NCBI GenBank assembly: GCA_046154185.1
Contig: JBJXGE010000068.1
Coordinates: 5,178 to 69,177, forward strand
Reading direction: 5' to 3'
Length of the DNA: 64,000 bases
Source of the DNA: Planctomycetota bacterium
GTDB lineage: Bacteria; Planctomycetota; UBA8108; UBA1146; JAJFFE01
Shown: piece after piece, positions 35,068 through 44,335 of the stretch
Position numbering within the stretch: the stretch's first letter is position 1
Layout: the number at the start of each line of letters is the position of its first letter
The notes under the pieces: model-generated
Databases searched by the model: none
What the model saw: the letters and a program-made list of their open reading frames with translations, nothing else
What the model was told of the DNA's origin: nothing
Made by a program: the position numbers and the translations under genes

Positions 35068-35881
35068 CACCGTCGCCGGTGCATTGTTGTTCGCCGGTGG
35101 GTGCCTCCTCTTGTGGAGTTGTGCGGAACTCTTGCCACGCGAGGGTTGGAGCGGTCGTTGGGGACCGCTCGTGCCGCACACGAAGTTTCCGGGTGATTGC
35201 GGCATTTGCCACATCCCAGACGACTGGAAGACGCTGCGCGACAACTTCGAGTTCGATCATGCACAGGAAACCGGCTACGTGTTGGAAGGTGCGCACAGTC
35301 GTGCCGCGTGCTTGCGTTGCCACAATGATCGCGGGCCGATTCTCACGTACGTCGAACGCGGTTGCGGCGGCTGTCACGTCGATCCGCATCGGGGTTCGTT
35401 GGGGCTCGACTGCAGCGAGTGCCACAACCAGGAGCTATGGGAACCGCTCGGGCTCATCGCCGATCACGCGCGCACGCGCTTCCCGCTCATCGGTATGCAC
35501 GCACTCACGGCTTGCGAGTCTTGTCACCCGCGTTCGACCACGGCCGACTTCGCCGGCGCGCCGGTCGAGTGCCACTTATGCCATCAGCGCGATGCGCTCC
35601 TCGCGCAGCCGAGCCATGTTCCCAACGGCTGGACGGTGAATTGCCATCGCTGCCATTCGCCGAGCGATTGGGACGCGCCGCTCTTCAACCACGATTTCTT
35701 TCCACTCATTGGTGGCCACGCCAACGTCGCGTGTGCGCAATGCCACCCGGGCAGCTTATTCACGCCAATCTCGCCGGCGTGCTTTGCATGCCACCAGCAG
35801 GACTATCTCGCCGCGCCGAACCATGTGGCGAGCGGCTTCTCAACTGACTGCACGTTGTGTCACACGATCGCGGCTTGGTGA
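35033..35881 (+). CDS. Multihaem c-type cytochrome, 10 CXXCH sites
   Basis: In-frame ATG 35033 overlaps the end of the upstream gene by 35 nt. The hydrophobic N-terminus is MRYRRTPSAIASTVAGALLFAGGCLLLWSC (signal peptide, possibly a lipobox). Sites: CGICH, CLRCH, CGGCH, CSECH, CESCH, CHLCH, CHRCH, CAQCH, CFACH, CTLCH. Confidence 0.88.
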   Translation: MRYRRTPSAIASTVAGALLFAGGCLLLWSCAELLPREGWSGRWGPLVPHTKFPGDCGICHIPDDWKTLRDNFEFDHAQETGYVLEGAHSRAACLRCHNDRGPILTYVERGCGGCHVDPHRGSLGLDCSECHNQELWEPLGLIADHARTRFPLIGMHALTACESCHPRSTTADFAGAPVECHLCHQRDALLAQPSHVPNGWTVNCHRCHSPSDWDAPLFNHDFFPLIGGHANVACAQCHPGSLFTPISPACFACHQQDYLAAPNHVASGFSTDCTLCHTIAAW

Positions 35882-35884
35882 GGA

Positions 35885-37675
35885 GTGGCTATCTTGAACG
35901 ACTCATCAAGTCATGAGCTGACGAGGAGCGGACCGCGCGCGCGCGCGGCCGGTCTTTGCCTCGCGCTCTTGTGTGTCGTTTCACTCGCGTTGGCGCAAGA
36001 GCCGCCGGCGGAACCGACGCCGGAGCCGACGGCTCCGAGTGCGCCCGCGGCGCCGATCGTCGAGCTTCCGCCGTCGCAGCCGCCGCCTGTGACGCCGATC
36101 GAGTGCGCACTCCTCTATGAAACGGCCGATGGCGTCTATGTGGATGCGGGCGTGTTGCAAGGCATCGCGGACGGCCAGACCGGCTGGATCCTGCGCGGTG
36201 GCATACAGACGGCGCGTTTCGAGGTCGTCAAGGCCGCGCGCGCGTCGACTTTTCTGCGGATTCTGTCCGATCGCGGGCCGTTGTTTCCGCGGGCCGGCGA
36301 GCGACTCTCGTTGTTGCTCGACTCGGCGCCGGTTGCACCGCCCGCGCCGGAAGATCCCCGCGCCCCGTCGCCGACGCTCAAGAACGGCGACCCTGACGCG
36401 CCGTTTGCCCCGCTCCTCGCGCCGCCCGGCATGGGCGAAACCGGTTACACCGGCGGTCGCAATGTCGCGCACGGACGCATCAATCTTCGGCAACATGTGC
36501 AGCTCGCGAAGAACAACGACCTCGATTATTGGCGGACGCAGCTCGGCGGCTCCGGCAGCGTCGAGCGCCCCGACGGCACACCGTGGGCGCTCGAATGGCA
36601 CGCGAATTTGTCGTGGCGCGGCGGCCAAGCGCTGCAAGACTATGAATCGCACGATCGTCGTCGGTTCGATCTCTACCGACTTGCATTCTTTCGTCGTTTT
36701 GATGACCGCAGCTTCGTGCGCGTCGGCCGGTTCCTGCCCGGCGAATTGCCATCCATCGGATATCTCGACGGCATTCAGGGCGAGAAAGCCGTGATGCCAC
36801 GCGTGCGGCTTGGCGCATTATTCGGACTGCGACCGGATCGCGAAGACTTGCACCCGTGGTGGCGCGAGCCGACGATTGTGACGTACCTCAGTTACAGTGC
36901 GGCTACGGATCGTTCGCGTTACTCGCTTACGACCGGAGTCCTCGGTTCCTCCTATCGCGGCAAGCCGGATCGACTCGCGTTGCTAGCCGATCAGTTCCTG
37001 TCGCACGGGGACTTTTCCCTCTACTCGAGTGCGGAAGTCGATTTCGATTCCGGGGACGATGAGACTCGCCGCGGCGTCGAACTCACGCGGCTGGACTTAT
37101 CCTCGACGTATCGCGTCTCGAAAGGCTTTCGCTTGCGCGGCGGCGTCGATCGCTTCGAGCTTACGGACACTGAAGCCGAACGCGATCTCGTCGACCAGAT
37201 CGTGCTGATCGATTCGTTTTTCTTCGATCAAGGGTACTGGCGCTATTTTGTCGGCGCCGCACACGATCTTTCGGAGCGCTGGATGGTGGATGAGGAAGTG
37301 TCGTTCACAGACTCGGACAAAGCCGACGATGGAGTGCGCTACCAACTCGGGCTCACGCGACGCGGCGTGTTCGCGGCGTCGGCCGCGAGCGCGACCTTGC
37401 ATGTCTACCGGGTGCTTGGCAACGAGACGGACGGGCATGGCGCGCGGTTCTCGGGGTTCTTTCCCGTTGGCCCACGATTCGCGTTGCAACCGTCACTCGG
37501 TGTGCGCTTCGCCGACTATGAACTCGAATCGAGTCAGCTTTGGACGGCGGACGCGGGCATGCGAGCGCATTGGACGCTGGCGCGCAATTGGTCGCTCGTT
37601 GGCGGTTTCTCGTACGCGCGGACACAAGATAACGATCGATTGCTCGTCGATATCGGCGTGACGCTTTGGTGGTGA
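35885..37675 (+). CDS. Outer-membrane beta-barrel (porin-like) protein candidate
   Basis: Signal peptide (AAGLCLALLCVVSLALA|QEP), then a Pro-rich linker (PPAEPTPEPTAPSAPAAPIVELPPSQPPPVTP). Many short alternating hydrophobic/polar stretches follow, and the C-terminus is ...FSYARTQDNDRLLVDIGVTLWW with a terminal aromatic residue. The start is GTG 35885, or TTG 35894 with AGGAG 8 nt upstream. Confidence 0.6.
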   Translation: MAILNDSSSHELTRSGPRARAAGLCLALLCVVSLALAQEPPAEPTPEPTAPSAPAAPIVELPPSQPPPVTPIECALLYETADGVYVDAGVLQGIADGQTGWILRGGIQTARFEVVKAARASTFLRILSDRGPLFPRAGERLSLLLDSAPVAPPAPEDPRAPSPTLKNGDPDAPFAPLLAPPGMGETGYTGGRNVAHGRINLRQHVQLAKNNDLDYWRTQLGGSGSVERPDGTPWALEWHANLSWRGGQALQDYESHDRRRFDLYRLAFFRRFDDRSFVRVGRFLPGELPSIGYLDGIQGEKAVMPRVRLGALFGLRPDREDLHPWWREPTIVTYLSYSAATDRSRYSLTTGVLGSSYRGKPDRLALLADQFLSHGDFSLYSSAEVDFDSGDDETRRGVELTRLDLSSTYRVSKGFRLRGGVDRFELTDTEAERDLVDQIVLIDSFFFDQGYWRYFVGAAHDLSERWMVDEEVSFTDSDKADDGVRYQLGLTRRGVFAASAASATLHVYRVLGNETDGHGARFSGFFPVGPRFALQPSLGVRFADYELESSQLWTADAGMRAHWTLARNWSLVGGFSYARTQDNDRLLVDIGVTLWW

Positions 37676-37834
37676 GTGCTCGGCAAGAACGGGTGGATTT
37701 GCCGGCACACTTGCCTCGTAGTCGGCAATAAACGGGCGGCAACGGCGCTCGTCTCGAATCGCCAGTTCGTTGCTGACGGCGCGGCCCGCCGATTGCCTGC
37801 ACCTTATTGGAAATAGTCTTAGCGGGAGGAATCT

Positions 37835-40615
37835 ATGAGCGGGCTGCAAGTACAAAACCGCGTGAGAATTGTCTTCCTTGTCGGCGTTGTCATCGCGGCG
37901 AACGGCTGCACGAGCAAGTCGGAGGACGACCACGAAGTCGCCGCGACTTCCGAGTCCTGCATGCAATGCCACAACGGCTCGTTCCACGATGATTACAGCG
38001 GACCCGGACTTGAGAATCCGCACCCGTTCCCGGGCGCCGGTTCGATTCGTTGCACGACTTGCCATGGCGGTCACGGCGACGCGGTCGGCGCGACAGCGAG
38101 CCACGTTCCGCCGCCGCCGGAGATCGGTGACGAGCAGTTCCAAACGCAGAATGCGCAAGCGTACTTCAACCGTTTGACGCTCGCGGGCATCGATAAGTAC
38201 GAAGACTACGTCGTGAACGGCGTCACGTACTCGGCGCTCGACTACCTGCAGTTCGTGAATCCAGGCGACATTCGTGTCGTCAAGGAAGGTCGTAGCTGCG
38301 GACAGTGTCACATGCCGCACGCCGAGTGCGTGGCGAAGAGTCCGCTCGCGACCGAGGTCGGAATTCTCTCGGGTGCGCGTTACGCGATGGGCGCCGCGAA
38401 TGCGGTGCCGGCGAATCAAGGGTTGTACGAAGACACCGCCGGCGACTACGCCTGGCGCGCGGTCACGGATCCGGACTTCGTCTTCGTGCCGACGACAATT
38501 GGACCAGTCGGTGAGTTAATTGAGTATCCGGTCTACAGCGTGCGCAATCAGTTTGGGCCGGATGACATCTTCCTGAATCCGAATTACCTCGCCGCTGCGC
38601 TCGACGACGACGTGAACCCGGACAACAGTGTCATCACCGGCTCGCCGCTCGCGAACTTGTTTCACGAGCAGATTTCGTTCACGTGCGGTGACTGCCACTT
38701 GGGTAGCGCCGGCGCGAATAATCGTTACGGCGACTTTCGCTCGTCGGGTTGCACGGCGTGTCACATGCGCTACTCCTCAAGTGGCCGGAGCGACTCGACG
38801 GACACAAACATTCGCAAGAACGAGCCGCTCGATCCGGACGACATCGATGATCCGGAGCGCGCGCACGTCGACCGCCACTTGATTCGCAGCGTCGCACAGA
38901 CGCTTGCGAGCGGGGAGACGATTTCCGGCATCGACGACCACACGTGCGCGGGCTGTCACCAAGGATCGAACCGCACCGTACTGCAATACTGGGGCATTCG
39001 CCTCGACCAAAACCAAGACGTGCGGCGCGGCAACCAGTACCCCGCGAACCCGGCTTCGCACGTGAACACCGCGCTTGATACGCGGCTCTTCGATCCTGTG
39101 ATCAACAACAATACGTTTAACGGCCGCAACGCGAATCAGTACTTGCTCGCCGAAGACTACGACGGCGACGATCGCGACGACACGCCGGCCGACGTGCACT
39201 ACGAAGCGGGCCTTGGTTGCATCGACTGCCATGGTAGCCATGACGTGCACGGCGGCGTGGTCGGCGATCCCGCGAACTCGCCGCTCCTGAGTCGCCAGGA
39301 GCAAGCGGTCGCGATTCGATGCGAGAGCTGTCATGGCGGTGTTGACGCGTATGCGCCGGTCGCAAGCGCGACGACCTACAGCGGCGCGACCGCGGACTGC
39401 GCGATGGACGCGGAAGGCAACGCATTGAAGCACGTCGTGCGGGAAGCGGATGGCTCGTACATTCTGACGAGCCGCTTGACCGGCGCGCGCCATTACGTGC
39501 CGCAGACGCGGGACGTGGTTGTCGATAGTGGGCGCATCAATCCGCTCACGCAGGAGCCGGTGTACAGCGCGAAAGCGTCGTACGCGATGGGCCGCGCCGA
39601 CGGCGACCCGGCGAATGGTCTCGGGCCGATTCAAACCGGCGCCGTCACGCCGGGCTTCAGCCACATGGACAACATGAGTTGCGTCGCTTGCCACGCGTCG
39701 TGGACAAATAACTGCGTCGGTTGTCACTTGAAGGGCGAGTACAACAACGGCAATAACTTCTCCAACATCACGGGTGAGCGCATCGTGTTCCGGCAGTTGA
39801 ACGCGGACTTCACTTATCAGACGCCGGTGCCGTTCCAACTCGGCGTCGACACGCACAACAAAATCAGCGTGCTCAGTCCGAACACCGAGGCGCACTTCCA
39901 GTGGCGCGACATGAACGGCGACTTCTCGCAGGTGTTTTCTTTCACCGACCGTAACGGCGGCGGCAACAACCCCGCGCATGGTTTGCCGTCGCTCTCGCAC
40001 AACGTCATGATGCCGCACTCGATCCGTGGCAAAGTCAGCGATGAGAACGAGGGGCCACGTTACTGCAACGCGTGTCACCTGACCGACGAGGGACTCGCCA
40101 ACTACGCGGCCGAATTCAACGCGTTTCGCACGGCCATGTCGACGAGCGACTGGGGCGCGCTCGACTTCAATACGTTGCGGTCGCACATCGGCCTCAACAC
40201 GAATAACCAGATCAACTCGCCGATCTGGGTCCACATGGTGGCGGGCCTCGGCTCCGGCATCTTCCTCTTCGACGATCGCGGCTGTCCGCAGAACCCCATC
40301 GACGACAACGAGGACCGCTTCGGCTGCGACGGTGTCGCGCCGAGCGCGCTCTTCGATCCTTTGCTCGTCGCGCGGAACCTCGACGCCGTCGTCGACGCTT
40401 CGGGCGCGTCGAACGGCTCGAATAACCACTCGATGCTGGCGCCCGGCGTCGGGCCTAACTTGCGCGACGGCGCGCAGAACCCGAACCAATCCGGACCGCT
40501 CGGCGCGACGCTCATTCGTCGCCTCTCCGATCCCGCGACCGGAATCACCCTCGACTCCTGGATCGACGCCGACGGCGCGCTCCAAGGCGACGCGGCGATT
40601 CACGTGCCGCAGTAG
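37835..40615 (+). CDS. Large multihaem c-type cytochrome lipoprotein, 11 CXXCH sites in 926 aa
   Basis: GGGAGGA RBS. Signal peptide with lipobox VVIAANG|C. Sites: CMQCH, CTTCH, CGQCH, CGDCH, CTACH, CAGCH, CIDCH, CESCH, CVACH, CVGCH, CNACH. Long haem-free stretches lie between the sites. Confidence 0.88.
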   Translation: MSGLQVQNRVRIVFLVGVVIAANGCTSKSEDDHEVAATSESCMQCHNGSFHDDYSGPGLENPHPFPGAGSIRCTTCHGGHGDAVGATASHVPPPPEIGDEQFQTQNAQAYFNRLTLAGIDKYEDYVVNGVTYSALDYLQFVNPGDIRVVKEGRSCGQCHMPHAECVAKSPLATEVGILSGARYAMGAANAVPANQGLYEDTAGDYAWRAVTDPDFVFVPTTIGPVGELIEYPVYSVRNQFGPDDIFLNPNYLAAALDDDVNPDNSVITGSPLANLFHEQISFTCGDCHLGSAGANNRYGDFRSSGCTACHMRYSSSGRSDSTDTNIRKNEPLDPDDIDDPERAHVDRHLIRSVAQTLASGETISGIDDHTCAGCHQGSNRTVLQYWGIRLDQNQDVRRGNQYPANPASHVNTALDTRLFDPVINNNTFNGRNANQYLLAEDYDGDDRDDTPADVHYEAGLGCIDCHGSHDVHGGVVGDPANSPLLSRQEQAVAIRCESCHGGVDAYAPVASATTYSGATADCAMDAEGNALKHVVREADGSYILTSRLTGARHYVPQTRDVVVDSGRINPLTQEPVYSAKASYAMGRADGDPANGLGPIQTGAVTPGFSHMDNMSCVACHASWTNNCVGCHLKGEYNNGNNFSNITGERIVFRQLNADFTYQTPVPFQLGVDTHNKISVLSPNTEAHFQWRDMNGDFSQVFSFTDRNGGGNNPAHGLPSLSHNVMMPHSIRGKVSDENEGPRYCNACHLTDEGLANYAAEFNAFRTAMSTSDWGALDFNTLRSHIGLNTNNQINSPIWVHMVAGLGSGIFLFDDRGCPQNPIDDNEDRFGCDGVAPSALFDPLLVARNLDAVVDASGASNGSNNHSMLAPGVGPNLRDGAQNPNQSGPLGATLIRRLSDPATGITLDSWIDADGALQGDAAIHVPQ

Positions 40616-40724
40616 AGGTGATGGAGGGGATGTTCGATTCGCGCTCGCCGCGAGTTAGAACGGTTCGGCTTCGAAATCGCCGACGCTGTTCTTCAGACGC
40701 CGAACGCGCTACTCTCTCGCGATC

Positions 40725-43001
40725 ATGGCGTGCGGTGGAGAGACTGACGGAAACAGCTCGCTCGCGGCATCTCAGCCCGGTTCATCGTGGCCGCGCATCG
40801 ACGGGGTCGCGAAGGTCACGGGCGCCGCGCGTTATGTCGATGACTACCAGGTTCCCCGTTGTCTTCACGGGGTGACGCTGCGGAGCGAAGTCGCGCACGG
40901 CGTTTTTCTCGAACTCGAGCGCGATGCGGCGTTTGACTGGAGCCGTGTCACGGTCGTGACCGCCGCGGATATTCCAGGGCGCAACGTGATTGCGTTGATC
41001 GAAGACGATCAGGTCGCCCTCGTGCCGGTCGGCGGCGCGATTCGCCATCACGACGAGGCGCTCGCGCTCGTGGCGGCGCCGACGCGGGAACTCGCGGCGG
41101 AGGCGCTTCGGCGGCTGCGTCCGCGCGTCCGGGAGCTGCCGGCGGCGCTCGACGTCGATGCGGCGCTCGCGGGCACGCCGCTCATTTTCGGTTCCGACAA
41201 TATCATGAAGCGGCTTGCGCTCGCGCGCGGCGGCGACGTCGAAGCCGAACTTCGGCGTTGCGACTTGGTCATCGATTCGGTCTACGAGACCGGCGCGCAA
41301 GAACAGATGTACATAGAGCCGCAAGGCATGCTGTGCGACTGGCGCGATGACCGCTGCGAGTTGCTCGGCTCGATGCAGTGCCCGTACTTCGTGCATCGCG
41401 CGCTCTGCGAGCTGCTCGCGCTGCCGGCCGAGCGTGTCGTCGTGACGCAGGCTGTGACGGGCGGCGGCTTCGGCGGCAAGGAAGAGTACCCTTCGATGAT
41501 CGCCGCGCACGCGGCGCTCCTTGCGCGGAAGGCGCGTGCGCCCGTCAAACTCATCTACGAGCGCAGCGAAGACATCGGCGCGACGACGAAACGCCATCCG
41601 GCGCGCATTCGGCATCGGATGGGCGTCACGCGCGACGGTCGTGTGCGGGCTGTCGACATCGACATCTTGCTGGATGGCGGCGCGTACGTGACCTTGTCAC
41701 CGGTCGTGCTCTCGCGCGCGCTGCTCCACGCCGCCGGCCCGTATCGCATCGAACACGTGCGCGTGACGGGTCGCGTCGTCGCGACGAACTTCCCGCCGCA
41801 CGGCGCCTTTCGCGGCTTTGGCGCGCCGCAGGTGACCTTCGCCTATGAGCGCCAGATGCAAAAAGCGGCGCGGCGACTCGGCATCGAGCCGTTCGAACTG
41901 CGCCGGCGCAACATGCTACGCGTGGGCGACGAGACGGCGACGGGTCAACGCCTCACCTCGAGCGTGGGAAGCGGGGCGGTGCTTGCCGCAGTCGAGGAAC
42001 GAGCGAGGCGACCAGCGCCGCACGCGCCGCTACCGCGCTCGCCGCTGCGCCGGCGGGGGCGCGGCCTCGCGTTTTGCCTGCACGGCGCCGGGTTTACTGG
42101 CAGCGGCGAGAGTCGATTGCGTGGACAAGCGACTGTCGCGATCACTCCGCGCGGCAACTTTGAGATCCGCTCGAGCTCAACCGATATCGGTCAAGGCGCT
42201 CTGACGGTTTTTGCGCAACTTGCGGCCGCGAGCCTGGGCGTTGAGATCGGTTCGATTGAACTCGTGGATCCGAGCACGGCCCGTGTCCCGGATAGTGGAC
42301 CAACGGTCGCGTCGCGAACGTGCATGGTGGTGGGAGGGCTCGTCGCGCGCGCGGCTGAAAAACTGCGCGCGCAGCTCGAAGCGTATGCGCAGCGTGCCGG
42401 TCTCGCCAATAAGACGTTGCACGAGATCGCGCTCCATCACGCGCAACACGTCGGTGACGGTGCAATCACCGAGACCTATGCGCCGCCGCCGGGCGTCGTG
42501 TGGGATGATGCGACGTACACTGGCGCCGCTTATCCGGTTTATGGCTGGGCCGCGTGCCTTGTCGATGTCGAAGTCGATCCCGACACCTACGAGGTTGAAG
42601 TCGTGCGGTGCATCCACGCCGTCGATGTCGGCAAAGCGATTCACCCGGTGATCGTCGAGGGGCAGATCGAAGGTGGGACGTTGCAAGCGCTCGGCTGGGC
42701 GCTGTGGGAGTCGGTCGCGTATGACGCCGGGCGAGTCGTGAACAGACGCATGACGGACTGCATCATTCCAACGGCGATCGAGGCGCCCGAAATGGAGACG
42801 ATCATCGTCGAAGAGCCGTATCCGCTCGGGCCGTTCGGCGCGAAAGGCGTCGGGGAGATTTCGATGGATGGTCCGGCGGTGGCGGTGGCTGGCGCGATCG
42901 TCGATGCGCTGGACATCGAGATCGATCAACTGCCGGTCTTGCCCGAACACATCGCCGCGCTACTCGATGAGCGCGTGCGTGCAGGAGAACGTTTGACATG
43001 A
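40725..43001 (+). CDS. Xanthine dehydrogenase / aldehyde oxidase family molybdopterin-binding large subunit
   Basis: N-terminal WPRIDGVAKVTGAARYVDD, the GGGFGGKE motif and the C-terminal FGAKGVGE. 758 aa. Confidence 0.88.
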   Translation: MACGGETDGNSSLAASQPGSSWPRIDGVAKVTGAARYVDDYQVPRCLHGVTLRSEVAHGVFLELERDAAFDWSRVTVVTAADIPGRNVIALIEDDQVALVPVGGAIRHHDEALALVAAPTRELAAEALRRLRPRVRELPAALDVDAALAGTPLIFGSDNIMKRLALARGGDVEAELRRCDLVIDSVYETGAQEQMYIEPQGMLCDWRDDRCELLGSMQCPYFVHRALCELLALPAERVVVTQAVTGGGFGGKEEYPSMIAAHAALLARKARAPVKLIYERSEDIGATTKRHPARIRHRMGVTRDGRVRAVDIDILLDGGAYVTLSPVVLSRALLHAAGPYRIEHVRVTGRVVATNFPPHGAFRGFGAPQVTFAYERQMQKAARRLGIEPFELRRRNMLRVGDETATGQRLTSSVGSGAVLAAVEERARRPAPHAPLPRSPLRRRGRGLAFCLHGAGFTGSGESRLRGQATVAITPRGNFEIRSSSTDIGQGALTVFAQLAAASLGVEIGSIELVDPSTARVPDSGPTVASRTCMVVGGLVARAAEKLRAQLEAYAQRAGLANKTLHEIALHHAQHVGDGAITETYAPPPGVVWDDATYTGAAYPVYGWAACLVDVEVDPDTYEVEVVRCIHAVDVGKAIHPVIVEGQIEGGTLQALGWALWESVAYDAGRVVNRRMTDCIIPTAIEAPEMETIIVEEPYPLGPFGAKGVGEISMDGPAVAVAGAIVDALDIEIDQLPVLPEHIAALLDERVRAGERLT

Positions 43002-43468
43002 TGTTGCGCGTGAATGGCACCGCCTATCGCGTCGAATGCGATCCGCTCCAGCGTCTGCTCGACGTGTTGCGCGGAGTCGGCTTGACCGGCACGAAGGAAG
43101 GCTGCGGTGAAGGGGAGTGCGGGGCGTGCACCGTCCTCCTCGATGGTGTGCCCGTGAACTCTTGTCTGGTGCCTGCCGCGCAAGCGGTCGGTCACGAGAT
43201 TGCGACGATCGAGTCGCTCGCCGACGACGGCGTACTGAGCGCGGTGCAGTCGGCGCTCATCGAACACGGCGGCACGCAGTGTGGGATTTGCACGCCGGGC
43301 ATCGCGCTTTGCGCGACGGCGATACTGGCGCGCGAGTCGAACGCGAGCCGCGCGCGGTGGCGGGAGTTACTGGCCGGGAATCTATGCCGCTGCACCGGCT
43401 ATCAGCGGATCATCGATGCTGTCGTGGCGGCGGCGCCGGGTCCCTTGGACGGGCGAGTTTCGGTATGA
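42998..43468 (+). CDS. (2Fe-2S)-binding small subunit of the molybdoenzyme
   Basis: ATGA overlap with the large-subunit gene. Cys motifs GCGEGECGACTV, QCGICTPG and NLCRCTGY. Confidence 0.9.
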   Translation: MMLRVNGTAYRVECDPLQRLLDVLRGVGLTGTKEGCGEGECGACTVLLDGVPVNSCLVPAAQAVGHEIATIESLADDGVLSAVQSALIEHGGTQCGICTPGIALCATAILARESNASRARWRELLAGNLCRCTGYQRIIDAVVAAAPGPLDGRVSV

Positions 43469-44325
43469 CGCGCTATCTGAAGCCCACTTGTTTGGCGGCT
43501 GCGCTCGACCTGCGCGCGCAGTACCCGCAACACAGAGTACTCGCAGGAGGCACTGATCTAATGGTGGATGCGAGCGGTCTACGGGCGCTTCCCGGCGTCA
43601 TCGATGTGTTTGGCCTCACGGAGATGGTTGGGATCAGCGCCACGGACGGTCCGATTCGTGTCGGCGCCGCAACGACATATCTGGAGCTGCTCGCGAGTCC
43701 ACTCGCGGGGCGGGAGTTGGCTTTGCTTGCGGCCGCGGCCCGCGAGATCGGAGCGTTGCAGATTCAAGCGCGGGGCACTCTCGGCGGAAACGTTGCCACG
43801 TCATCGCCGGTCGGCGACACGCTCCCGGTGTTGCTCGCGCTCGGCGCGGAGATCGAGCTGGCTTCGCAAAAGCGGCGGCGACACGTTTCCTACGACGAAT
43901 TTTGTGTGGGCTATCGACGCACGGTGATCGAGCCGGATGAGTTGATCGTTGCGATCCACGTGGCGCGACCGGCGAGTGACACGCGATGGCTGTGGCGCAA
44001 GGTCGGCGCGCGACGCGCGCAGGCGATTTCGAAAGTCATGATCGCCGCGACCGCGCGCCTCGACGATGCGGGCCGCATCGCGGAGACTCGCATCGCGCTC
44101 GGCGCCGTGGCGGATCGGCCGTTGCGCGCGTTGCGGACCGAGAGGGTGCTGTTGGGGCAACTTCCCGGCGAGTCCGTCGCACGCGCAGCCGCCAACGAAC
44201 TCGCGACCGAGATCACGCCGATCGACGATGTGCGCTCGACGGCGAGTTATCGACGCACCGTCGCGCAGAATCTCATCGCGCGCTGGGTGTGCGAGCTCGC
44301 GCCGGTTGTGCGGACGACTCATTGA
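43465..44325 (+). CDS. FAD-binding (medium) subunit of the molybdoenzyme
   Basis: The start ATG 43465 forms an ATGA overlap; the track ORF 43117 is over-extended. Motifs VLAGGTDLMVD and TLGGNVATSSPVGD. Confidence 0.85.
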   Translation: MTRYLKPTCLAAALDLRAQYPQHRVLAGGTDLMVDASGLRALPGVIDVFGLTEMVGISATDGPIRVGAATTYLELLASPLAGRELALLAAAAREIGALQIQARGTLGGNVATSSPVGDTLPVLLALGAEIELASQKRRRHVSYDEFCVGYRRTVIEPDELIVAIHVARPASDTRWLWRKVGARRAQAISKVMIAATARLDDAGRIAETRIALGAVADRPLRALRTERVLLGQLPGESVARAAANELATEITPIDDVRSTASYRRTVAQNLIARWVCELAPVVRTTH

Positions 44326-44335
44326 GGGGAGAACA

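Noticed and set aside
37676-37834. Possible c-di-GMP/cGAMP (GEMM-type) riboswitch ahead of the lipoprotein cytochrome gene, as seen upstream of some Geobacter cytochrome genes
   Set aside because: I could not find the conserved GEMM features (GGCAAA...GAAA tetraloop-receptor pair, ACGCAAAGC core). Only a simple CGGCAA-N12-TTGCCG hairpin is present. An Infernal scan would be needed to be sure.
38777-40603. 608-aa minus-strand ORF opposite the 11-haem cytochrome gene
   Set aside because: The + strand carries 11 CXXCH sites, a lipobox signal peptide and a strong RBS. The minus-strand product is Arg/Val/Ala-rich low-information sequence. It is an antisense artefact.
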